Source: Mobula hypostoma
Lineage: Eukaryota
Assembly: GCF_963921235.1 (NCBI RefSeq)
Contig: NC_086108.1
Location: 16,616,001-16,680,000 of the forward strand
DNA length: 64,000 nt
Reading direction: 5' to 3'
Part shown: positions 35,001 through 44,904 of the stretch, piece after piece
How the letters are laid out: every line of letters starts with the position of its first letter
Numbering within the stretch: position 1 is the first letter of the stretch
Position numbers and translations under genes: made by a program
Notes under the pieces: generated by a model
Databases searched by the model: none
What the model saw: the letters and a program-made list of their open reading frames with translations, nothing else
Told to the model about the DNA's origin: nothing

Positions 35001-36318
35001 CAAACCTACCTGCAAGAATATTTGTCCCCTTCCAGTTCAGATGTAGACCGTCCCGCCGGAACAGGTCCCACCTTCCCTGGAAAACTGCCTAATTACCTAT
35101 AAATCTGAAGCCCTCCCTCTTGCACCACGTCTTCAGCCACGTGTTGATCTGTGCTATCTTACTATTTCTAAACCCACCTTCACGTGGCACTGGTAGCAAT
35201 CTTGAGATTGCTATCCTGGAGTCCTGTCCTTTAACCTGGCGCCTAACTCTCTAAACTCACTTTTCAGGACCTCCTCACTCTTCCTACCCATGTCATTGGT
35301 CCCTACATGGACCACGACATCTGGCTGCTCACCCTTCCTCTTTAGAATACTGAGAATCCGATCCCAGATATCGCGGACCTTGGCACCAGGGAGGCAACAG
35401 ACCATCCAGGATTCTCGATCTCTTCCACAGAACCTCTTATCTGTCCCCCTAACTATCGAATCCCCTATCACTACTGCTCTCCTCTTTTCCTTCCTTCCTT
35501 TCTGAGTTGAAGATCCCATCTCAGTGCCAGAGACACAACCACTGCAACTTGTCCCTGGTAGGTCACTCCCATCAACAGTATTCAAAACGGTGTACTTATT
35601 ATTGGTGGGATCGGCCACAGGGGTGCTCTGTTCATTCTGTCTATTCCCCTTCCCTCTCCTGACAGTCACCTAGCTACCTATCTCCTGACTCTTAGGGGTG
35701 ACTATCTCCCTGTAACTCCTCTCTATTTCTGCCTCTGCCTCCCAAATTATCCGAAGTTCATCCAGCTCCAGCTCCAGTTCCCTAACTCAGTTTGTCAGGA
35801 GCTGCAGGCGGATGCACCTTTTGCAGGTGTCGTAATCAGGGACGATTGTGCTCGCCCTGACTTCCCACATCCTGCAAACGGAGCACTCAACTGCCCCAAT
35901 TGCTGCCTCCATTACCTACTCTTAAGGTAATTAGATTTATTAAAGGAACTTACCCAGCCTTACCTCACTTGGAGTGAAGCTCTTCCTCAGCCTCTGCTCG
36001 CTGAAGCCTCAGGAGCCAAAGCCTTCCTACTCTGTCTCCCTCTACAACATCGCCTGGTCTGTTAATCTGCCTTCTTTTAAATACTCCCGCTACCTCACAG
36101 TCCAATTTACACGCGCTTGCGCAGTCATACCCCGTTCAACTGCTGAAGAAAATGAGCGACTTCCACAAACTGCTCTCTTTTAAATACTCTCGCTGCCTCA
36201 CGGTCCAACTTACACGTGCTTGTGCAGTCGTGACCCATTCAACTGCTGAAGAAAATGACCGACTTCCACAAATTGCTTTCTTTTAAATACTCCCGCTGCC
36301 TCACAGTCTGACTTACAC
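32068..36318 (-). mobile_element. Essentially full-length CR1 LINE (5'UTR, ORF1 zinc finger/zipper/esterase, ORF2), disrupted
   Basis: ORF1 ATG at 35912, MEAAIGAVECSVCRMWEV..CKRCIRLQLL..ELELELDEL; VIGDSIVRG; VHVGTND; ORF2 YYRPP, YRPVSLTS, QGSVLGP. Same tail as 10795-14319. Confidence 0.93.
36074..36318 (-). repeat. 103-bp tandem monomers (2.4 copies) at the CR1 5' end
   Basis: Units start at 36074, 36177 and 36280 (cttttaaatactc.cgct.cctcac.gtc). Confidence 0.9.
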
Positions 36319-36319
36319 T

Positions 36320-36680
36320 TTTTCCCTTCCTAATAAAAGGACCTTCCAGGTGAATCAGAGATTTATTTAAGATTTACTGATGCATTTGTTGTTTACAATA
36401 GTTCGCAATGTGGTATCTTCATTCAGTTATGGACTGGCAAACAGTTTTGTGATGCTTTTGCTTTCATACTGTAGAGGTGGTCTTTAGCTTCTGGCTGCCT
36501 GAAGTTTAAATCTTCATTCTTTTCCCATTTTGACTTCTCTGTCTGTGGTCTCCTGCACTGTTATAAGAAAGCCCAATCGTGTTTGAAGATCAGCACCTCA
36601 TCATCCATCCAAGCACGTTACACCTCTACTAACACTATAACATTCAACAATTTCAGGTGATTTGTTAATTCTGTATTTGA
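36320..36680 (+). mobile_element. Very degraded Penelope GIY-YIG fragment
   Basis: ccttccaggtgaatcagaga...gaagatcagcacctcatc...caacaatttcag parallels the intact copy at 41783-42164. Confidence 0.55.
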
Positions 36681-36696
36681 TTTGGCCAGTCGATTT

Positions 36697-37166
36697 AACA
36701 TAGAACATACAATAGTACAGCACAGTACAGGCCCTTCGGCCCACAATGTTGTGCCGACCCTCAAGCCCTGCCTCCCATATAAGCCCCCATCTTAAATTTC
36801 TCCATATACCTGTCTAGTAGCCTCTTAAACTTCACTAGTGTATCTGCCTCCACCACTGACTCAGGCAGTGCATTCCACGCACCAACCACTCTCTGAGTAA
36901 AAAAACTTCCTCTAATATCCCCCTTGAACTTCTCACCCCTTACCTTAAAGCCATGTCCTCTTGTATTGAGCAGTGGTGCCCTGGGGAAGAGGCGCTGGCT
37001 ATCCACTCTATCTATTCCTCTTATTATCCTGTACACCTCTATCATGTCTCCTCTCATCCTCCTTCTCTCCAAAGAGTAAAGCCCTAGCTCCCTTAATCTC
37101 TGATCATAATGCATACTCTCTAAACCAGGCAGCATCCTGGTAAATCTCCTCTGTACCCTTTCCAAA
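36697..37166 (-). mobile_element. Young CR1 3' end
   Basis: Uninterrupted ERVQRRFTRMLPGLE...TRGHGFKVRGEKFKGDIRGSFFTQRVVGAWNALP; tail present. Confidence 0.92.
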
Positions 37167-37259
37167 TTTATTCAAAGGTCTGGAAAAATAGCAGCAACAC
37201 AGGCTCTGAAAAATCCTCCAAACTCACTGTAAGAATTAGTGAAACAATTATCAGTGTCT

Positions 37260-37415
37260 CACACAAAATGCTAGAGGAACTCACCAGGTCAGGCAGCATC
37301 TAAGGAAAATACTGTTTAATCTTTTCCATAGATGCTGCCTGACCTGCTGAGTTCCTCCATCATTTTGTGTGTGTTCATTTGTATTTCCAACATCTGCAGA
37401 CTTTCTCTTGTTTTT
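37260..37415. repeat. Inverted pair of Penelope tail fragments (hairpin)
   Basis: Arms ~37260-37309 and ~37322-37372 with a ~12-nt spacer. Confidence 0.8.
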
Positions 37416-37429
37416 AATATCAACTCACC

Positions 37430-37720
37430 AGCACCAAATTCCTGGTTATTCTCATTAAAATATATTGGGCTGGCTTCCTCATTTGCATAACTGACATCAG
37501 ACTTCTTAAACATGCACTCTTTTCCGAGTTCCGCTCTAGGAGGAGATTATCAGGCAGAAAAGTGGACAGAAAAAAAGATTCAAGGATGTGCTCAAATGCT
37601 TCCTGAAGAAATATGACATCTCCAATGACTTCTGGGAATTTCTGGGCCATAATTGTTCAAAGCGCAGGAGAAGAATTTGGAATAAGGCTCTGTATCAGAA
37701 GCAGCCATGAGCCCTGTATA
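37430..37720 (+). mobile_element. Degraded RTE-clade LINE C-terminal fragment
   Basis: Residual WAG..LFSE..GRR..KKRFKDVLK..LKK.DI..WE pattern across frameshifts. Confidence 0.55.
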
Positions 37721-38965
37721 TTATAATACTCTCACATCTGCCCCATCAGCTATTTGCTGCCATCTACAGAAGTTGCCAAATTGGCCTCATTAGAACCCAG
37801 AAAAATGAATGGACGCAAGTCATTCTCCATCCTGAGGGCACACATAAGGGTTTTTTTCAGCTTTCTTACATTATCCTGTTTCCAACAGAGGGCTGACTTA
37901 CAATTGCAGAAGTTATACACATAGTTCTGAGTCACATTATGATAAGCACACTGAAATTTAACAATTTCACATTAATTCAATGGTCACAGAAGATATGGAT
38001 AGCAACTTTCTTTAAAGCAGATTGGAACATGTTTTGAATCAGATAGGACGTATTTTGAAGCAGGGGCTCATATGACACTTGAAAGAATTCAGAAAAATAA
38101 CAAGAACATACTAATTCATTCCTCATCCTCCTGAAGATCAAAATATTGGGACCAAGTTAATGACCACTAAGCCATTTGACGCTCAAATAGTCATACTTAC
38201 TGTGTGAATTAAATTGGATATTATCAGTGTATGTTATCTGTGTATGTTATGAAGTTTATCTTTATATTCACATATTTCTAAGCATGGACCACAAGGTAGT
38301 AACCAACAGTTGAAACGCTGACACCTTTCTGACACACCAGCTAATTGTACATCCCATACTCGTAAAGCGTTCTCTCAAACCTTATCAGTTGAATTCAACT
38401 ACCTTGATATATATCACATCTGGAAATGTTATGGTTTTAGCAGTCATAGAGTTGTACAGCAAAGAAACAGGCCTTTTGACAGTGTCTATGCCAACCATAA
38501 TGCCTATCTGCACTAATCTACTTGCCTTCATGAACTCCACACCTCTATGCTCTGCTCATTTAAGTTGCTGTCCAGATGTTGCTTATTATATAATCACCAT
38601 TCCTGCCACCACCAGTACATTTGGTAGTTCATTCCTGATACACTACTCCTTAAATGAATAATTTATCCCTCAGTTCCCATTTAAACCTCATCCCTCTTAC
38701 CTTAGACATATACCCTCTGGTTTTAGACATACCTACCATGGGAAACAGATCCTAGCTATCTACCCTATTTATGACTTTGTAGGGACTCCTTAATTTCATT
38801 AGGCAGAATTCACGCAGACTGTTAAAGGTCAAGTTCACCATGTACGTGTTATGCTGTGAAGGGGCAGGGAAAAGTTCATACAATGTCGCCATTTGATTGT
38901 GGTTTGAATAAAGTGTACGTTAGAAGTAATTACACTTGTGTCAATTTATGTTGACACTCCTACAT

Positions 38966-38979
38966 TGGTGACCCTGATG
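38966..38979 (+). promoter_or_regulatory. Primer-binding site, tRNA-Trp type
   Basis: tggtgaccctgatg lies one base after the 5' LTR and resembles the Trp PBS TGGTGACCCCGACG with CpG decay. Polypurine tract gagggtgggagg at 46332-46343. Confidence 0.75.
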
Positions 38980-41392
38980 CTCCTCCGAACGATTCTAGAG
39001 TGATTTCCCTCAATTTACAATCATGGCTGCAAATGTCATTGCCCTCAAGTTCCCTGAATTCTGGCAGGAACATGCTGCAGTTTGGTTTACTCAGGAGGAG
39101 GTCCAGTTCACAGTATGTGGAATTTTGCAAGACGACACAAAATATTACTATGCCAAGCCCGAGTGTACTTGTCGGCTCCTGTCACTGCCTGGCTTAGGCG
39201 ACTCCAAGCTGTCGGAGTTGATGGACCACATGTTGACCCTCTCTGGCGGACATCAGCCATATTTCATTTTCAGAGAGCTTTCCCTACAACCAGGCAAAGT
39301 GTGGTTGGCTCTGATGGCTCTCCCCTCAAAGACCTCCAGGCTCTAGCAAGAGAGGCTGACAAGATGTTTTCTGTCACCAAACCTATACGATCATATGGCT
39401 GGATGACACTTCTGCCTCGCTGCCAGTTAAACATAAGACAATCGCCGTGGCTCAATGACAGTCTCCTACCCTGCATTCCTACCACATGAGGTTTGGGCCG
39501 AGAGCTAAGAAGTGCCACCCATCCTGTGGGTTCAAGGAGTTGGGAAACGGAATGGCCAGTGTCTGTGAGCTGCTGTGGGTGTCTGCGAGCTGCTGTGGGT
39601 GTCTGCAGGTCAGGCAGTTTGTTGTTTATTACAGACTCTTCTTCGGGACGCAATTTCCTCCGTGACACAGGCGCTCAGGTGAGCATCTTGCCCCTGTCTA
39701 AATTGGACATACGAACTGGGGAATATGGACCGTCTCTCAAGGTTGCAAACGGCAGCGCCATCCGGACTTTTGCTAAGTGTGAGATGGTGTTGTGCTTTGA
39801 CGGGCAGAAGTTCTGCATGAATTTTGTGCTGGCAATAGTGTTTACACTCTTGCTGGGGGCCGACTTCCTCTGTGCCAACAGTCTTCTCGTTGATGTCCAG
39901 AACCAGCACCTCAACGCAGAGAATTTCTACTCCCCCTTCAACACACTCAGCGCCACTGACACTTCAAAGTTGTCCAGCGCCCCTTACGCCTCCGACAACT
40001 TCCTCCGCCTCCTTGTTGAGTTCCTGGACCTGACTGAGTCCACCTTCTCCTCCCCCACCACTAAACACGGGGTGGAGCACCACATCCACACCACCAGCCT
40101 GCCTGTTCACGTTCCCACGAGGTGCTTCTCCACATTTGGAGAAGCTAGCTGGTGCCAAGGCTGAGTTTGATGCCATGGAGCATCTGGGCATCATCAGGTG
40201 GTCCAGCAGTCCATGGGCTTCCCCTCCGCATCATGTGAAAACCGGGGAGTGGGGGTGGGGGGTGGCATCAATGATCAATGCAGTGATTAGCATCACCTCA
40301 ACGATGCCACGGCACCTGACCGATATCCGATCCTGCACTTCCATGATTTCTCGGCCCGCCTAGCAGGAAAAGGTATTTTCTCAAAGGTGGACCTCGTTCA
40401 CAGTTATCATCAGGTCCCTATCTGCCTGAGTGACATTCCTAAAACTGCTGTTATTACATTGTTTGATTAGTTTGAGTTCCCTTGAATGCTATTCGGGTTG
40501 AAGAATGGGGCCAAGACATTTCAGCGCCTCACAGACAGTGTTCTCCGGGATTTGCTATTCATGTTTGTTTACCTAGTGACATTTTGGTAGCCAGCTCTCT
40601 AGGGACCAACATCTCTTACACTAGAGAAACCTTTTCCAAAGCCATAGTCAGCATAGTCTTATTGTCAATCTGGCAAAGTGTCAGTTTGGACTGTCTGTGG
40701 TCGAATTCCTTAGACATCGCGTCAAAGCACCATGGGCAGTTCCCCAGTCAGCAAAAGTTGAAGCCGTTAAGCGCTTCCCTCGGCCAGTCACTATTAAGAC
40801 CCTGTTGGAGTTTTTGGGCATGGAGATCTTTTATCACCACTTTATCCCCAAAGTGGTTCTTAAGGGCAAAGCGAAAGCATGTCATGGACTGGACAGAGGA
40901 AAGATCCAAGGCATTCTCGAACACTAAGCAGGCATTATCTAAAGCAACACTGCTGGTGCACCCCTCCCAGACACACTGATCACTCTCAGCACGGGCGTGT
41001 TGGATTGCGCGGTCAGTGAGATTCATGAGCAGTTGGTCGACGGTGTTGGGCAGCTTACTGTATTTTTCAGCCATCCGTGTTGCTCCTGTGAGTGCAAGTA
41101 CAACACGTTCGACTGAAAGCTTCTCAGCCTGCACTTGGCAGTGCAATATTTTTATTTTCTCCCAGAAGGCCGTCTATTTACGGCTTTCGTGGACCATAAG
41201 ATTGCAACAATCTTCAGTCAGAAGTGCCGAGTAGATGATCCGGCTCGGCCTCCTCCAGAAGTCCCCAGTACCCCAGATATCAGTATGTAGCCAATTCAAT
41301 TCACTCCACGTGATATCAAGAAATAGCTGAAAGCACTGTGATACTGCAAAGGCTATGGACCCAGACAAAATCCCGACAATAGTCTTGAAAAA

Positions 41393-42164
41393 CCACACAT
41401 CAAAGTTGCTGGTGAACGCAGCAGGCCAAGCAGCATCTGTAGGAAGAGGTGCAGTCGACGTTTCAGGCCGAGACCCTTCGTCAGGACTAACTGAAGGAAG
41501 AGTGAGTAAGGGATTTGAAAGTTGGAGGGGGAGGGGGAGATCCAAAATGATAGGAGAAGACCGGAGGGGGAGGGATAGAGCCAAAAGCTGGACAGGTGAT
41601 AGGCAAAAGGGGATACAAGAGGATCATGGGACAGGAGGTCCAGGAAGAAAGACAGGGGGGGGGGGACCCAGAGGATGGGCAAGAGGTATATTCAGAGGGA
41701 CAGAGGGAGAAAAAGGAGAGTGAGAGAAAGAATGTGTGCATAAAAATAAGTAACAGATGGGGTACGAGGGGGAGGTGGGGCCTTAGCAGAAGTTAGAGAA
41801 GTCGATGTTCATGCCATCAGGTTGGAGGCTACCCAGACGGAATATAAGGTGTTGTTCCTCCAACCTGAGTGTGGCTTCATCTTGACAGTAGAGGAGGCCG
41901 TGGATAGACATGTCAGAATGGGAATGAGATGTGGAATTAAAATGTGTGGCCACTGGGAGATCCTGCTTTCTCTGGCGGACAGAGCGTAGATGTTCAGCAA
42001 AGCGGTCTCCCAGTCTGCATCGGGTCTCACCAATATATAAAAGGCCACATCGGGAGTACCGGACGCAGTATATCACCCCAGTCAACTCACAGGTGAAGTG
42101 TTGCCTCACCTGGAAGGACTGTTTGGGGCCCTGAATGGTGGTAAGGGAGGAAGTGTAAGGGCAT
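41393..42164 (-). mobile_element. Young Penelope-like 3' segment: open GIY-YIG frame, terminal repeat, intact hammerhead
   Basis: FTCELTGVIYCVRYSRCGLLYIGETRCRLGDRFAEHL...GMNIDFSNF; TSD of at least gtcttgaa (41382-41389, 42165-42172). Confidence 0.92.
41453..41488 (-). ncRNA. Minimal hammerhead motif (intact), sense to the XPR1 pre-mRNA
   Basis: Reverse complement: agtc-CTGACGA-agggtctcggcct-GAAACGTC-gact. Confidence 0.75.
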
Positions 42165-43379
42165 GTCTTGAAGACTTGTGCTCCAGAACTTGCCACACCA
42201 CTAGCCAAGTTGCTCCAGCACAGCTACCTGACAATGTGGAAAATTGCCCTGTACACAAGAAACAGGACAAGTCCAACCCACCAATTACCACTCCATCAGC
42301 AAATTAATGGAAGGGGTCATCAACAGTGCTATCATGCAGCACCATAACCTGCTTACGGATGCCCAGTTTGGGTTCCATCAAGGCCACATCACCTCCTTGG
42401 TCCAAACAAGTACCAAAGAGCTAAATACCAGAGGTGAGGAGAGGGTGATAGCTCTCAACATCAAGGCAGCATTTGACCAAGTACAGCATCAAGGTGTCCT
42501 AGCTGAAATGGAGTCAATGAGAATTGGAGGGAAGAAGTGGGGATGTTCGCAGATGACTGCACAATTTGTGTCTCCTCAGATAGTGAAGCAGTTCATAGCC
42601 AAATGCAGCACGACCTGGACAATATCTAGGCTTGGGCTGGCAAGTAACATTCGAGCCTTGCAAGTGCCAGACAATGACCATCTCAAACCATCGTCCCTTG
42701 ACATTCAGTAGCATCACCATCACTGAATCCCTTACTATCAACATCTTGGGGCTTACTCTTAATAGGAAACTGAACTGTTCTAGCCATATAAACACCATGG
42801 CTACCAGAGCAGGTCAAAGGCTAGTCACTTCTTGACTCCCCAAAGCCTGTCCACCATCTACAAGGCTCAGGTCAGGAGTGTAATAGAATACTCACCACTC
42901 GCCTGGATGAGTGCAGGTCCATCAACACTCAGAAAGCTTGACACCATCCAGTACAAGGCAGCCCACTTGACTGGTATCTCTTCCACAAGCATCCAATCCC
43001 TCCACCATCGATGAACAGTTGCAGCAATGTGTACTATCTATAAGATGCACAGCAACAACACACCAAAAGTTCCGAAGGCAGCACCTTCCAGACCCACGAC
43101 CGCTACCATCTAGAAGGACTAGAACAGCAGATACCTGGGAACACCACCACTTGGAAATCCCCCTCCAAGTCACTCATCATCCCAACTTGGAAACATATCA
43201 CCATTCCTTCATTGTCGCTGGGTCAAAATCATGAAATTTCCTCCCTAACAGCACTGTGGGTGTAACTACACCTCAGGGACTGCAGCGGTTCAAGAAGGCA
43301 GCTCATTACCACCTTCTCAAGGAAACAAGGGATGGGCAATAAATGCTGGCTTAGCTGGCGATGCTCACATCACGTAAAT

Positions 43380-44904
43380 CAGCTGTCCCCAACCACTGGG
43401 CCGCAAAGCATGTGCTACCGGTCCACGAGGAAACGATATGAGTCAGCTGCATCTTTCCTCATTCCCTGACTCGCACTGTTGAACTTGATCATAGGGTTAC
43501 CAACTGTCCCGTATTTGCCGGGACATCCTGTGTATTGGGCTAGATTGGTTTGTCCCATACGGGACTGCCCTTGTCTCATATTTCCCCCGCTAAGGTAGAG
43601 CGTTCCTATGAAACCTTTCGTGCCGAAATAGCGTGAAGCGAAAATGCAGTTACCATTAATTTATATGGGAAAAATTTTGGAGCGCTCCCAGACCCAAAAA
43701 AATAACCTAACAAATCATACTAAAAACACATAAAACCAAAAATAAATAACACTAATATATAGTAAAAGCAGGAATGATATGATAAATACACAGCCTATAT
43801 CAGGGGTCCCCATCTTTTTTTGCACTGCAGACTGGTTTAATATTGACAATATTCTTGTGGACCGACTGACCGGCGTGGCGGGGGGTGTCCAAGTAGGGTT
43901 AAACGCACCTCAACATGTCTTTTACAGTTAGGGTTGCCAACTTTCTCACTCCCAAATAGGGGACAAAAGTAGCAGTCAAATCCCGGGACACTTTACTGCA
44001 GGAAAGACTACCATGACCTGAAGCCTTGCGTGGGCACCTGTGTGCGCATGCGTGATGTGCGCATGTGATGTGCACATGCACGTATGTGCTGATTTCCCCC
44101 CACAAATCGGTTTTGCCTTCATCTTCCCGACTATATTGTACATATATTATTTCTACTTTATATAGGCTGTGTACTTATCATATCATTCCTGCTTTTACTA
44201 TATGTTAGTGTTAATTATTTTCGGTTTCATGTGTTATTTGGTATGATTTGGTAGGTTATGTTTTGAGTCTGGGAACGCTCAAAAATTTTCCCATATAAAT
44301 TAATGGTAACTGCTTCTTCGCTTCACGCCATTTCAGCGCGAAAGGTTTCATAGGAACGCTCCACCTTAGCGGGGGAAATACGGGACAAACCAATTTAGCC
44401 CAATATATGGGATGTCCCGGCTAATACGGGACAGATGGCAACCCTATGTTCAAGTTCAACAGTGTGTGACAGGGAATGAGGAAAGGTGCAGCTGACTCGT
44501 ATCATTCCTTGCGGCTCGGTAGCACATGCTTTGCAGCCCGTGGTTGCGGACCGCTGGCCTATATAAAGTAGAAATAATGTATGTACAGTATAGTCCGGAA
44601 GATGAAGGCAAAACCAAATTGTGGGGAAAAAAAATCGGCATGTAGGCGCATGCGCATGTGCACACAGGTGCTCGCGCAAGGCTTCAGGTCACGGTAGTCT
44701 TTCCTGTGGTAAAGTGTCCCGGGATTTGACTGCTACTTTTGTCCCTTATTTGGAAGTGAGGAAGTTGGCAACCCTAACTGTAAAAGACATGTTGAGGTGA
44801 ATTTAACCCTACCTGAACACCCCCCCACCCCCCGGTCGGCCGGTCCGCAAGAATATTGTCAATATTAAACTGGTCCGCGGTGCAAAAAAGGTTTGGGACC
44901 TCTG
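43380..44904 (+). mobile_element. hAT (Charlie-like) MITE, outer copy
   Basis: TIRs cagctgtccccaacc and ggtttgggacctctg; 8-bp TSD acgtaaat/gcgtaaat. Confidence 0.9.
43801..44556 (-). mobile_element. Same hAT MITE inserted inverted into the outer copy
   Basis: TIRs caggggtccccatc and ggttgcggaccgctg; perfect TSD gcctatat at 43793-43800 and 44557-44564. Confidence 0.93.

Larger units (their letters stand above)
41202..43379 (+). mobile_element. CR1/L2-group LINE fragment inserted in the Gypsy RNase H region (tail finishes ~44913-44925)
   Basis: KAMDPDKIP..VLK|TCAPEL; LLTDAQFGF; IKAAFDQV; WQVTFEPCKCQTM; YKAQVRSVIEYSPLAWMSA. Confidence 0.8.
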
